From the human T2T-CHM13v2.0 reference genome, Homo sapiens: DNA of 64,000 nt. The stretch lies in NCBI RefSeq assembly GCF_009914755.1, contig NC_060931.1; one strand, given 5' to 3'. Below are positions 1 through 15,170 of the stretch, piece by piece. Below the pieces are notes generated by a model. That model did not search any database and was not told the origin of the DNA. It saw only the letters and a program-made list of their open reading frames with translations. Position numbers and translations under genes: made by a program. How positions within the stretch are numbered: position 1 is the first letter of the stretch; each line of letters opens with the position of its first letter.

Positions 1-1116
1 AACAAGGACTGAAACCTAAACACCACCACTTTCCTGCCCCAGTGTGAGGGTTCTCCAGCACCTAGACTGTGTCCCAGTGCCTGGCTACTGCTTCAAGGAC
101 CATGAAGTCGATGACACCACGAGGATAAGGACTGAGTCTGTTTTCCTCAATCCTGCGTTCCCAGTGATTATAAGAGTGTCTGGCACATAGGAGGATCTCA
201 ATCAATATTTGTGCAATGAAGAAATGAGGGACTTAAGGTGTACAGGTTAGAACTTCACATATTAGTATCTAAGTAAGATCCACCCATTGCTATTGGCTGA
301 CATATTTTTAATCATGTTTAATCATTAAAAACATGTTCCCTTGTTTTTAATCAGCTGGTGGGACACAATCCCGGCATTCATGAGCTTCTGCAAAGTAGGC
401 CACACCACTGGGCATGAGAGAACACCAGTCTCTGAAAACCATGATTGGGATTGTGTACCCATGGGTTCTGAGTTCTGTTTGCCAAATATGATTTATGTGG
501 GGGAAAAATGTGATACCTCGGTGCTTACACCATTCACAGCCTGGAGTTGTCAACCAGGCTTTTGGGTTTTTCGCAGGCAACAAATTAAACAATGACTGAG
601 CTCCATTTGTTTTTTGAACTTGACTGGAGAAGAGGTGGAGTGTGGCTTGTTTCCTGCAGTTGGAGAGGAGACCTCAGGGTGACCTCTGGCCCAGGTCAGG
701 GTTTTTACATCATAACTAGTGAAAGTGGCCTGTGATTAGGTGCAGACGCATTCTCTGGAGGGGAGAGCAGCAGCATTCCTCAGTTAGAGATGAACCTATC
801 TGTACCTTAAGGGCTTCTTTGATTTACAGATGCCTGGAGCAGTAACCAGAGTAGATAACTATAGAGCCACCAGGATACTCATCCCAGACAGTCCAGCTTC
901 CAAGATCTAGCCTCCAATTTGGCCTGCAAAATGTCACATGCACAACATCACACGGTTGTACGTACTCTTCAGATCTGAGCTGCATGGGGCGAGTAATTAT
1001 AGTTGAACCTCAGAGCACTCACTTTCTTCAGTTGAAGACTAGAGGAAAATGTCTTTTGCTGTTGTTCTTGCCATAATAATATCTTCCTTAATTGGTTTTT
1101 AAGCTTACTATTTCTT

Positions 1117-1412
<296 letters not shown>

Positions 1413-1624
1413 AGCTTTCTATTTCTTAGGAGCAATCAAAGGCATTGACGCTTTTGAAAATCTGAGGGGCTTGTAATTGAAAAGGGCTTCAAGGCAACCT
1501 AACCAAAATGTGGGTGAAGCTTGATTCTGATTACTTTTGACCTCCCCTCTTTGTGGGCACCTCACCCCATAAAGTTCCCATGTCCTCATGCTGCCTCTTC
1601 ATCACACAGGACCTACTCCCAACC

Positions 1625-1654
1625 ACACTCACACACACACACACACACACACAC
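1625..1654. repeat. (AC)n microsatellite, WNT2 intron 4
   Basis: 12 perfect AC units (1631-1654) plus interrupted flank. Confidence 0.95.
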
Positions 1655-1659
1655 TGGGA

Positions 1660-1870
1660 CGTAAGTGGCACAGTGAGAAAGGTATGGGTTTTTGTTTTTA
1701 TTTTTTTTATTCTCACAGGCCATGCCATCTTGGGCAAGTTAAGTAACTTTGCGGAACCTCACTTTCCTTCTCTATAAATGGAGGTAATTGCCTTGAAGAG
1801 TCAGAGCATATGTACATAAGGTGTGTAGCGCAGGGCCTGACTCGCAGCAGGAAATCAACAAATGTTCTCG
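1660..1870. mobile_element. MIR fragment
   Basis: MIR core-like TTGGGCAAGTT...AACCTCACTTTCCTTCTCTATAAATGGAGGTAAT. Confidence 0.65.
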
Positions 1871-2323
1871 CATCCTTCTCCAGCTAGGTCTGTCCCCATC
1901 CAGGAATAACCTGGGGTCTCGACTCTGCAATTTTTCGCATCAAAGTTCACTAGCCTAGTAGCGTTACTTCAGGACTTCTCTAGAGGCTGACTTGGTAACT
2001 GCTGTCAGTAAAAGCTTTGATGGCTGAAATAATTTTGTTTATTTGCAGTCAAAGAGGGTTCCTGAGGATGCTGGCCTAGGAGTGAAAGAATGACTCTCTT
2101 ATACTGGGCAAGACATGGTGGGAGATGTTTTTTGGGAGATGTTTATTTAGAGTTATCTAGTTTTCCTTAGCAAGAAATCAGGTACTGAAAAAACATATAT
2201 ATATGAAACTCATGTCTCCCTGAATTTCTTCTTGCCTAATAATTAGGGAAAATTAGGAATCATACACTGCCTAAATCACTGATTTTTCAAACTTTGAGGT
2301 GTTTAAGTTTGAAAAGTTTGCAG

Positions 2324-2452
2324 AGGCAGTGCCAGTGGACTCAGCCACTTGGGAAGCTCAGGTGAGAGGATCACTTGAGCTCAGGAGTCGGAGCCTGCGG
2401 TAAGCCACGATGGTGCTACTGCAGTCTGGGCAACAGAGCAATAAAAAAAAAA
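2324..2452 (+). mobile_element. Alu monomer (FRAM/FLAM-like, degraded)
   Basis: GGATCACTTGAGCTCAGGAGT...CTGGGCAACAGAGC plus A tail. Confidence 0.75.
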
Positions 2453-3385
2453 TTAAAATGATGAAAAACAGAGAAACTTATATAATTTCGGGAACAGCTC
2501 CCTAAGATGCTGGTTCAATAGGTTTCTGAAGAGCCACTTCCTTTGGAAAAAAGTAGACCAGACCTGTAGACTGCATCAGTTGCACAAACCTAATTGATAA
2601 AACAAGCCAGCTCACATCAGTCAACAAGCTACCTTGGACAGGAAGCAGTTGCTGACCAGCAAGAGTAAAGCCAGTCAGTTCCAAATACTGATTCCCTAAT
2701 AATGTTCAACCTGCTCACCACCATCGCTTCCCCAGTGCTGGCAAGTAGAAGGCGCCCACTAAGTTGAATATTAAGTGTGCACGATTTAAAAACAAAAGCA
2801 ATGATGGAAAGCAAAGAAAGAAGCAAAACCAAACAAAATAACCACAACGAAGTAGAGTGAGCAGTATGAGATGCAATGTCAGGAAGGGTTAATGCTGATT
2901 TTAAAAGAGAAAATGAAAAACAAGAAATTCTATATTAATTACTTGATTTAAATTTGACTGCAAACTTTTGACTTGTTTTGGAGCCTGGCTATCCCAGGAT
3001 GATAGCCCATTTTGAACACGTGAGAGTTCCGTTCACCAGAAAATAGGCCTTTCCTAATGCAATAGGATTTTAGCACGGTGGGGTTGGGGGCCTCGGTGGT
3101 GTGCTTACTCAATAATGTGTGCATGCTGGTAGCTCTCCAGTGCAGACTGAGAAGATGATACACTGACCCAACACCTTCATTTTGAGAAGAGAGAGGCTCC
3201 CAGATCCCACTGAGTGAAAGGCAGCTTTAAGGCCCCTTCTTACAGGTCTCAGATTCTCTGTTACACCCCCTGCCTCTACTAACCAGAGGTTAGAGGACAC
3301 TCCAGGATGACTCTGTTCTCTCCAGGATGACTGACTTGCTAGAGCACATGCTACAGAAATTTCTAGTAGAAAGTGGCCAGGATAA

Positions 3386-3565
<180 letters not shown>

Positions 3566-4077
3566 TAACCAAGAGCAAGGCCCTCAGCAGCCATATGGAT
3601 GGAAGCAGGTTTTCTCAGATAAAACTTGCATCTCATACATCTCATACATGTGGCTAATTGCATATGACTCCAAATATATACAATAAAAAAATTTTAACTA
3701 TCTGGACTTGTGCTTGCATAATATCAAATATCCTAAATCATATTTTTACTAAAATAATCATCTGATGGTCAACAGAATTAAAAAGAAATATTGCAAGGTT
3801 TGCACCAACCACTTTGGCATTTTCTTAGGCTCAGCCAAAAAGGACATTAACTAAGTACAGTTCAAATAATTTATAAATAATCTAGGAATCTTACTGGAAA
3901 TCTGATCCAATATATTGGAACTGGCAACTAAAAAAAAAAAAAAAAAAGAATAGGGTAGATCTTGGTTAATCAACACCAACTGAGAACCAATTTCAAATTT
4001 TTTAAAGTCAGATAAGCTAAAATTTGTCTAAGACAGAAGACAGATAAGAGAGAAAGTAAGTTATATAGCTTTCTTCA

Positions 4078-4539
<462 letters not shown>

Positions 4540-6565
4540 TTACTAACCACAAGTGGGTAGGGAAAATCTTTAACCTCTTAGAGCTTCAGTGTCCTCCCAT
4601 AAAATGGGATAATAACATACTCACCTTATAGACTTTCTGTGAGAGTCAATGAGAGAATGTAGCTGCAGCTCTGGCATGTGATGGGTACTACAGATATATC
4701 TGCTATTTTAGGATTAAGAAAGAGAATTTCTTTCTAATACAAAGAGTTGAAAAAGCGGAGTACGCAAGAATAACTTAGTAACTTGAAGAGGCAGCAGGGA
4801 TTAGATTCAGAATCACCTCTGTGGGGTAAAAAAAAATATGGTCTATATTTCATTGACAATAAATGTCATACCTGTTATACCTAAGGCAGTACATATTCCT
4901 CAGGTACACCAGCCTGCTTCCCTGTGCAAACTGCTTCAATCCAAAGAACCAGAAAAGACATGCTGGGGAAGAGGGTCCTCTTATATTTGAAATAAGGTTT
5001 TTGCTCCCCAAGGCCTTTTCACATATGTGTCCTTGGAGGCAGGCAGGAGCAACTGTCTAATGGGTCAAAGCACAGGCCAAGGGATCAGACATCCACCCTC
5101 TCCTACCGGTGAGATCGTGAGCAGGTCATTCACTTTTCTTATCTGTACAATGGAGAAGGTGATATCTAGGGTTGCTTATCTGACTTAAAAAGTAAGATGT
5201 GAACGTGGTTCTTGGTTGGTGTTGATCATCTAGGAGCCACCTCTTATTCAATTTTTTCTGGTTAGTAACAAGTTTCAATGTATTGCTGTCATAGGGCTGC
5301 TGTAAGGATCCTACTGTAAGGATAAAATAAGACCATGTGTGCAATGATCTCAGCCCAGTACCCAGTGCACAGGAGTCAATGCATAGGACTTAAATGATCA
5401 AGACAGCAGCATCTCCATGCTCAGTGTGAGGAGGCTGAGGTTAAACAGCTAGTGACTGGTAGAGGGGGGTCAGACCCCTGGGACAATCCTGTATCCAAGC
5501 ACAGGTTTCATGGTGATTTGGCTATAACTTTGGCCTGACAGGTAGGATGACTTGTTAGAGGTCCCAAAGCATGTCAGGAATGCAGCGGGGCACAGCATCT
5601 GGTCCTCTGCTCCGTTGTCATTAATCCCTGGGCTGCATGTAGCAACCTGCTCAAATGCTGCGGAGAACTAGCTCATCAAACCATGAAGGCAATTCAACCA
5701 CTCAGGGGCAAAAAAAGGCTTTGGCTTCCTTGTGACATTCCCTGGTAACTTTGCCTCTTGGTCAATCTAACTGACAGCTGGCTGCCATCCATACCATTTT
5801 ATTGGTGCCTCTGCAATTATTTTGAAATAAAAAAAAATCAGACTCTAAGAGGATTTTTTTTTCTGATAATGAATTCCTTTGCTTTCTACCAAGTCTTAGA
5901 AATTGACTTGGGCTGTGGACTCCCATCACCTCCTATGAATTTAGACTTGTACTCATTCTTATTTTGCACTAGAATCTTTACAAAGAATGAGCTAAACCTG
6001 GAGCTCAGGGTTGATCAAGAGGAGTGAGAGGTAGAGCATGAACATGTGTAAACCTGATAGGTGGGACAGCTGCGGTGTTGAGGCTGACAGAGCTGTTCTT
6101 TGAGGGATGGAGAAGGTACCATCTGGAAGGGAATGGTGTGGCTTTAATAAATGAAGGGCCTCTGACACAGCCTTTATTATACACTGCCCACCTATAGCCA
6201 AGAGAGTGGGGATACATTCTTGCTTTTTATCTTTGGCAATTTCTAAGCATATTGAAAAGAGCAGGGAAGGTGAAGTAGGGCAGATTTCAGAAGAGTCTAA
6301 ATTTAAAGCCCTGGGACCATTTTCCATAGTCACAGTGGTGGGATTTAATGTATCCTGCTCTCAGCTTCAGGATCACATGAAAGATGCTGGGCTGCTCTCC
6401 CTAGTGTGCATAGTCCACTAACTAGAAATCTGCCCAGGCTGAAGAATTTTGCTAATCTGCGTATCTTGACTTTTTGCCCTGGACATTGTGGGGTTTCAAT
6501 TTCTCCAGAATCTGTGCACTGTCAATCCATTTCTCCAGTTGCTTAGGAGAGCTCTCTGTGCAGTT

Positions 6566-6805
6566 TCTTTTCTTTTCTTTATTCTTTTTTTGAGATGGAG
6601 TTCACTCTGTCACCCAGGCTGGAGTGCACCTCAGCCTCCTGAGTAGCTGGACCACAGATGCGCACCACCATGCCCAGCTAATTTTTTGCATTTTTGGTAG
6701 AGATGGAGTTGCCCAGGCTTTTCTTGAACTCCTGAGCTCAAGCAATCTGCCCATTTCGGCCTCCCAAAGTGCTGGGATTACAGGCATGAGCCACCGCGCC
6801 CAGCC
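6566..6805 (-). mobile_element. Alu with ~55-bp internal deletion in the right arm
   Basis: Junction GGAGTGCA|CCTCAGCCTCC at 6628/6629. Flanked by TGTRCAGTTTC. Lies ~140 bp from the exon 4 donor. Confidence 0.9.
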
Positions 6806-6947
6806 CTGTACAGTTTCAATAAGAATGATAAGGATCGTGAGCTTTGAACCTAAAGAGAGCAGGCTGAAAATACAGAACCTCATTTAAATTGTGGAGTATC
6901 AATTGTTGAAAGAATTAGGTACTATAAAGAAAGTCTTTTGAACTTAC

Positions 6948-7212
6948 CTGCCTCTCGGTCCCTGATACAGTAGTCTGGAGAATTCTCAAAATACACGAGG
7001 TCATTTTTCGTTGGCTTCTTAAACCTCTCGTTAGCCACAGTGAAACCTGTGCCATCCTGGTTCATGACCACCTGGATGGCCCCATTGTACTTCCTCCAGA
7101 GATAATCGCCCGTTTTCCTGAAGTCGGCCATGGCCAGCCAGCATGTCCTGAGAGTACATGAGCCGCTCACCCCGTGGCACTTGCACTCTTGTTTCAAGAA
7201 CCGCTTTACAGC
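6948..7212 (-). CDS. WNT2: WNT2 coding exon 4 ([19 protein letters not shown]...[11 protein letters not shown]); includes the Porcupine-acylated Ser212 (codon 7167-7165)
   Basis: Acceptor TTTTTCGGCAG|G, donor CAG|GTAAGT, 265 nt. Wnt signature [16 protein letters not shown]. No stop codon is reached, so the final exon lies outside the window (below position 1). Confidence 0.98.
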
Positions 7213-8813
7213 CTGCCGAAAAAGACAGGGGCAAGTTCAGTGAGGTTCGAGCAGGTGACACATGCTCCAACTCTCCTTACCTCCCAGCAATCCAGAAGTG
7301 ATTCTCAGGATGCTGGATCCTGGGGCAAGTGACTGGGAAATGTTGAAGCATTGCTTGTCACTTGTTAGCCACATTAGCCACCTGCCCTGACTGCAGCAGG
7401 CAGGGGCAGTGGGTGGAGAGGGGAGGGATAGCACCTAACTGTGTACCCCACTGGCTATCAGTATAACAGAAACCTCACAATTTAACAGGGCATGTGGCCA
7501 GTTAGAAGAGTGAGGGATTGAATTATTTTCTAAATAAATAGAGCTTTATTATATTAAAAATGTATACTATCCAATTAATGCTGTCCAGTTTAAAATAAAA
7601 TAATATAAAAATGTATGTATTATGCAAATTAAATTAACAAAATAACTGCTAAGTCCGAATCCTGCAATAAACCAATCAGGGTAATTGTACTATAGCAATT
7701 CTATGCTACTGTATTTATTTTGCAGATGACCGAGAAGCAAGGCTGAGAGAGGTGGAAGCACTCACCCAAAGTTACACAGCCAGGAAAAGACAGAGCCAGG
7801 CTGTACTGCAAAGTCAGTTAGTGACCCTGAGGCTGACAGTAACTTGGGGAGATTCAGCTTAGATGACAGGGGTGGGTTTGCTTTGATCTTTCTTAGACAG
7901 GAAGCAAAGGAAACTGGGACAAGCTCATCTCGGCTGGCTCCCAATATAGAGACCCCTTTTCTGTGGGTGCGAGGCCTGTGGAGAGGAGAGGGGACAGGTG
8001 GGCCTGAAACTTCCAGGGAAGCTTCTGCTTTGTTTTCATGAGCCAGCAGAGCAGCACTTTCCCCAAAGCAATTTGGTGAGAGTTATCCTGCCCTGGCCCA
8101 TTTTCTCCTTTGCTCACTCAAGTGAAGAGATTATTAGCACTCCTGGTCCTCACAACAACTTTGATCTACTGCTCTTCCCATTTTATAGATGAGGAACCAG
8201 GGATGGGGAAGGCAGGTGACTTGCCCAAGCTCAGTAATAAGAATTCACTCCCACTCTCCCCAGGTCGGGCCTTGGCACTAGGTGTTTTTCCCACTTTACC
8301 CCCACCTCCGTTGTGGATGGGGTACCCACTACATTTGAAATTTATCCTCCTCAGCACGAGCCACCCCTGGAGGGCAAGGATGGAGAAGTGAGCAGGAAGC
8401 ATGTGCTTAGCTTGGCTCTCCCAGTTACAGGGACCTGGGCATCTTTAAAGGATGTCTTAGAATGAAATTCCTCTTCGGAATTACACTGCCCCATGTGCCC
8501 CACCCCCATCTTTATATTATGAGTGTTTGGTAGGAAGCTCACAGGATGGCCTGGATGGCAGGCCTCTGCCACAGACACAACCCTGGGAGTGCCATCTGGG
8601 CTCCACCACTCTTCCCCATGTGGCTCTCACCTGTCCAGGAGCTGTCCCTCCTAAGATCTTGGAGAGCACCACACAAAACTCACTCCACATCAAGTACTTA
8701 GGAATTAAATATGAATGCTCATTCTTCCAAGTTTATTCTTTTTAAATCTAGGTTATTTAATCATAAGTAATATCCCTAGCTTTAAAAATGACAGGAAATA
8801 TTACTGCTCCTCC

Positions 8814-9133
8814 TCTTCTTTCTTTCTTTCTTTTTTTTTTTTTTTTGAGACAGAATCTCACCCTGCTGCCCAGGCTGGAGTGGAGTGGTGTGACTGTAGC
8901 TCACTGCGGCCTTGAACTCCTGGGCTCAAGCGATCCTCCTGCCTCAGGCTCCTGCATAGCTAGGACTACAGGTGCATGCCACCATGCCCAGCTAATTTTA
9001 AAAAATATTTTGTAGAGATGGGGGTCTCACTGTGTTGCTGAGGCTGGTCCCTAAGTCTTGAGTTCAGGTAATCTTCCCATCTCAGCCTCCCAAAATGGTG
9101 AGGGATTATAGGTGTGAGCCAATGCATCTGGTC
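8814..9133 (-). mobile_element. AluJ-like
   Basis: Diverged dimeric Alu in reverse (CTCCTGGGCTCAAGCGATCCTCC). Confidence 0.88.
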
Positions 9134-9482
9134 TGCCCTCCCTTTCTAGTATTGAATTTCCAGATCATAAACTTCAAAACTGATATTTTTATACAATTAA
9201 TTGAAGAATTTGCATATTAATTTAAAATTGGATCTTAAAAATAACATTATAAATCCTTAAAAAAACATGTGGTGGTGACAGGATCATCTGTGCAACCTCC
9301 TCCCTTCCTTGCTAACAGTTTTTGTTCAGATGTTGGGCAGCCTTGTGTTACAAATGACTTCTGACCCCAGAGTAGTCTAAATCGCTAATAGTAATTTCAC
9401 TGTCTTGCCACTAACTTTTTTCCAGCTTGGAGCATGTGCTGATTCAGTTTGGGCCAATCCTATGATAGGAGAAATCTCTTAG

Positions 9483-9820
<338 letters not shown>

Positions 9821-9852
9821 ATGTTTCTTCACTCTTTAAAAGAGACACGTGA

Positions 9853-10158
9853 GGTGGGGGCACGGTGGCTTATGCCTGTAATCCCAGCACTTTGGGAGGC
9901 TGAGGCAAAAGGATCACTTGATCCCAGGAGTTCAAGAACAGCCTGGGCATCACAGTGAGACCCTGTTTCTACAAAAAAAGAAAAAACTAGCCGGAGGTGG
10001 TGGCACGTGCCTATGGTCTCAGCTACTCAGGAGGCTGAGGTGGGAGGATCGCTTGAGTCTGGTGTTTGAGGCTGCAGTGAGCTATGATTGCATCACTGTA
10101 CTCCAGCCTGGGTGACAGAGTGAGACCTTGTCTCAAAAATAACATATAATAAAATAAA
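9853..10158 (+). mobile_element. AluJ-like
   Basis: Dimeric Alu. TSD TAAAAGAGWCAC at ~9837-9848 and ~10155-10166. Confidence 0.9.
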
Positions 10159-11056
10159 AGAGTCACATAAGAAGAAATACCTTGTCTCTGTCTCTAGATG
10201 CTGGTTTCTGCAGCAGCCTCTCTGCAACCTGAGGGCAGCAATGCCGACAGGCAGCAAGCTGCAGGCACACTTGACAGATGTGAAGATCTGGGTTCTGGGG
10301 ATGCTGTTGAGCTGCTCGATGAGCCCACTTTGGACCTGCCCTACCGCCAGACTTTTTGTGATCCAAGTTAGTAAACTTTCCTCCTTTTTTTAGTGCCTTT
10401 GGGATCTGTTACTTGTAGCAGAAAGTATTTCAACAGGTACCATGGTCACTTCTTGGTTGTGGATTAATGACAGGCTTTATCTGACAATTAACCTGGGAGG
10501 AAATTGAGACAGCATCTCTAGTATTGGGCTTGCTCACGTCTCCAGCACCCACTGTTAACGCACAGCATGTTCAGTGCTCAATTGCAGTTTGGGGCTACCT
10601 TCATCTCTTCTATGTACTGGGTTTGCAGACTTGAAATTCAAACCCTTAACCTTGAAGTGGACAAAACTGTACTCAATCAGAGAGGCAGAGAGAAGGGGAT
10701 GTAAGCTGAGGCAGCCTGTTTTCAAGAGTAACTGAGGTGAGAGTAAGGATATGAGGGCAAGAAACTTACAATGAGGATTCCTAGTTTAGAGCAACTCCAG
10801 TATTCAAATGTTATAACATGATAACAATAACAACCATGTATTGAGTGAGTGCTTAACTATGTGCCAGGCTCCACACCAGGTGGTTTACACATATTATCTA
10901 ATTATCACCGTCAGGCAAAGTAAGTTATCGTTCCCATTCTATGCTTATGAAAACCTGCGCTCTGCGAGGAAAGGAAAATCCCTGGTCACCCAGCTATTTA
11001 AAGGTAGAACAAAGATGTGAATCTCAGATGTGTGCTATTTCTGAAAACACACTTAA

Positions 11057-11431
<375 letters not shown>

Positions 11432-11559
11432 CCCTCCATTCTTTTGAATAATCAAGAATTGACTTAAAATATTACATACCTGTTATAATGGGGCAGAGGA
11501 GGAAGAAGAGGTAGAGAGAGAAATAATGGGGGATTACATTACATCTTCCAAACTAATCA

Positions 11560-12190
11560 TTAAAAATTTATTAGACAATTCACAGAAGAAATACAAAGTA
11601 CTAACAAAAGGACAAAAAGGTGTTCGACTTCATTAGTAACTGGAGAAATGCAAACTGAAATAATACACCTTTTTTGCCTAGCAAAAATTGTAAAAATGTC
11701 AATTTTTTTAACTTGAAGAATAAAAATATAGTAAAATAGTAAAAAGACTGATAATGTTTGGTGTTAGTAACAGTCCAGGGGAAGAGATGCTTTAACAAAC
11801 CATTGGTGGGGGAGTATAGCGATCCATCATTTAAATGAAGAGTGTTTTTGCAATACCTGCAAAAATGTTAAATGTACGTATCCTTGACCTGGTGATTCCA
11901 CTCTGGAAACATCTGCACAAGCTTGGAAGGATACACACCCACATGGATCTTCATGCAGCTATTGCATAATTAGTAACAGCAAAATATGAGGAAAAACCCA
12001 AATGACATCAGTAGGAAAATGGCTAAGCAAATTACGGTATATGCTTAATAATGGAATATTATGTGGTCTCTGAACAATGAAGTAGGTCAGTCTTACAGGC
12101 AGGAAAGAAAGTCAAGCGATAAAAGCAAAATGTAGAACAATATATGTGGTATGATCCAGTTTTTAAAGGCCTGCATATGTGTGTATAGCT
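11560..12190 (+). mobile_element. Ancient L1 3' fragment (L1ME-like)
   Basis: Degenerate L1 3' motifs (GAGAAATGCAAACTGAAA, ATTCCACTCTGG, AATGGAATATTATG). Confidence 0.6.
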
Positions 12191-12339
12191 GGCGGAAAAA
12201 GGGAAAAATGTTCTTTTACAATCTGGCTACAGTTTGAGGGATTTCATGGTCTTGAAAGAGAGGGGAAACAAAAAGGGTGAAATTACTCCACATAGTAAAA
12301 TAACAGGAATTTGAGGCTTTCTTCCTGGCAACTGGAGAG

Positions 12340-12525
12340 GGCAGGTCAGTAGGTGTCACTCCTGGCTACATATTAAAATCACCTGGGGATCATTTCCAGC
12401 CTCTCCCCAGACTGGGCAAATTAGAACCTAGGGTGGACGTGAGGCCTGGGCCTTGAAGGTACTTGTGGTTCCTCAGTTGATTGATTCTAATATGCAGTCA
12501 GGGTTCAGAATCATCCAGACCCAGG
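12340..12525. mobile_element. MER5-like hAT-Charlie DNA transposon relic
   Basis: CCTGGCTACATATTAAAATCACCTGGGG...GATTCTAATATGCAGTCAGGGTTCAGAATCA. Confidence 0.65.
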
Positions 12526-13379
12526 GATGCAGAGGAGAAGGTGAGAAACCCCTGCACCGTGGCGGGAGTCTGGGGCCTATGGAGGGTTACAGCGGTGAAG
12601 AATTCCTGCGGCAGAAGCTGGCATTACATTTCTAAGAACGGGGAAATCGTTATTCAATTAGAGATTGTTTCCTACCCTATGCCTCCAAGACATCAGAATC
12701 TCAAGGAAAATGTGTCACCAGTGACAATCTCTGCTAGTGCTGCTTTGGAGGGAATGAAAGATGGGTGGTGGCCAGTGTCCAAGCCAAATACCAATGGATC
12801 AATGGATAAGTGGGCCACACCAGAGCAACAGGCTATAGCGGCAGGATACTCCCCCTGGGGTCTTCAGAGGCACTGGGCAAGGAGCTTGGTTGGGGTGGGA
12901 GGGTGGTTTCCCATGCACAGCCGCTGATGGAGGGACTGGAGACATTTTATTTGGATGATAAAAGAATGAGTGACTAAAGTCGAGGACCTCTGTTCTGTAA
13001 CTATAAGTAAATTTTGATTCTAAAATTTAAAAACAATAAACATCTACATAATATTATTAACTGCACAGCCAAGAACTGTGCCAGGATTGCAGTTCATTAT
13101 CTCTGATCCAAGATCACAAACCTTTGTATCAATGAAGGATGTTCTTAAAGTGAAGTTGGGTGTTTTCTCGTTCTATTTGCTACCAGTTGCATTGGCTATC
13201 ACCTCACGTTTTCCACCTCACAATTGTTCCACCTGCTCGTCACTTCTCCTCATTTACTGGGGGCAGCCACAGTCTTCCGTCCTCTTGTGCCAACCAGGAC
13301 TGGCTCCACAGCTCAGACCTAACGTTATGCCCTGCTAGCCTGGACACGCTGTATCCTAGATGCCATGTTTTCTCTTTTG

Positions 13380-14950
13380 ATGTATTCCTCCTTTTTGCTG
13401 CAGTACAGTGTTGAATAACTCCTTTAACGTGGACGCATTTTCTGAATTCTTGCATGTCTGACATGTCTTCAGTCAGCCTTCACACTTGATTAATAGCTTG
13501 GCTGGGTATAGAATTCTGGATTTAAAACTTTGAAAGTATACCTCCACAGGCTTTTGGCTTCTAATGTTGCAGATGGGAAGTCTGATATGGGAAGTCTGGT
13601 GGATTCTTTGAAAATGGATTTGTTCTTATTTTCACTTTACTTTGTATTTTTTCCCCTATGAAAGCTCCCAGAATCATTCCCTTATTCTTGGGTTCTGAAA
13701 TATCACAATATTATTCCCCATTAATCTTGTTCAGCACTCAGCAGCCCCTTTCAATCCTCTCCTCCACATTTTTTTTTTTTTTTTTTTTGAGACAGAGTTT
13801 CACTCTTGTTGGCCAGGCTGGAGTGCAATGGCGAGGTCTCTGCTCACTGCAACTCCGCCTCCCAGGTTCAAACAACTCTCCTGCCTCAGCCTCCCAACTA
13901 GCTGGGATTACAGGCATCCGCCACCACGCCCAGCTAATTTTTGTATTTTCAGTAGAGACGGGGTTTCACCATGTTGTCCAGGCTGATCTTGAACTCCTGA
14001 CCTCAGATGATCCACCCGCCTTGGCCTCCCAAAGTGCTGGGATTACAGGCGTGAGCCACCGCATCTGGTCATTTTTTTCTTTTTTAATGGCATTCTAATT
14101 AGCCGGTTGCCAAATTTTGGAATTGGTCCTCTATGTCACTTATGTTTTCTCTCATCTTTTCAATACTTTCTTCCCGATTTCTTGAGGAAGAAATTCCATC
14201 AGAGTAACAGTCCTGGCTCTTTCCACCCCCTTACTCATGTCTACCCAGAGGAAGATAAGTGATTCATCCAACTGGTAAGTTTAGAGGAAGGAGCAGGGCT
14301 TGTGTGCCTGGGTTCTTTCTCTTTGGGGATCTGGTAGCCTGTGGAAATGAGTTGTGATCAGCTCCTACCATCTAGCATGTGGCTCCCTTGCTGCAGGGGC
14401 TCCAAGGGCCAGCCTGTGGTAGGTGAATCTGCCTGGCTCAGGGTTGGACTGCTCGGGAGCACCGTGCTTCCAGCCCGCGTCCTCTAGGGCAGCATTTTCT
14501 TCAATCACAAAACTGATACTTTTAGTCCATCCATTTGTCCATTTTTCAGTTGGTTTCAAACTCAAGTGGAAAAGAGCAGGGGATGTTTATGGACCTCCTT
14601 AAACATTTATCTTTTGGGCTTTTTGATGTACTTTCTGAGAGGTTTATTTGGCTTTCTCTTCCAAATTCTTTCTTTTTCTCTAATCGTCACTTTTTCAAAG
14701 CTTCCGTTCTTATTTGTGGGTGTCAATATTATGTTTCTGTGAGGAAACTGATTAGGCTATAAAAAAGTTCTTTTATCCTTGAATTACTGCATTTTCTCCT
14801 GCAGTAATTGCAGGAGTAATTTTCCTGCAATTTATTTGTCTTTTTCTTTCACGCTGCTGTATTGAATCTAATATATGATAATCCTTGGACAGTCTCTTCA
14901 TATTTAAGAATGAAGTAGTAAAAAGGCATTTAGGAACTCTGGTTGTAGAG
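13380..14950 (-). mobile_element. Ancient L1 fragments (minus), split by an Alu
   Basis: GCTTGGCTGGGTATAGAATTCTGG and T-rich ORF1-antisense-like tracts. Confidence 0.5.
13769..14070 (-). mobile_element. AluS
   Basis: Poly-T plus complete Alu in reverse. Confidence 0.92.
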
Positions 14951-15009
14951 GTGGGGCTTGTGGACCAAAAAATATTGCTTTCTGGTGAGTTGGCAGGGCA
15001 ATGACTATG

Positions 15010-15170
15010 TTTTTGAGATGAGCTCTTGCTGTGTTGCCCAGGCTAGAGTGCAGTGACTATTCATAGGCACCATAATAGGGCACTACAGCTTTGAACTCCT
15101 GGGCTCGAGTGATCCTCCTACCTCAGCCTCCCAAATAGTTGGGACTACACACAGGTGCCACTGCACCCAG
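15010..15170 (-). mobile_element. FAM/FRAM-like Alu monomer
   Basis: GCTGTGTTGCCCAGGCTAGAGTGCAGTGACTATTCATAGGC (7SL-proximal wording). Confidence 0.8.
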
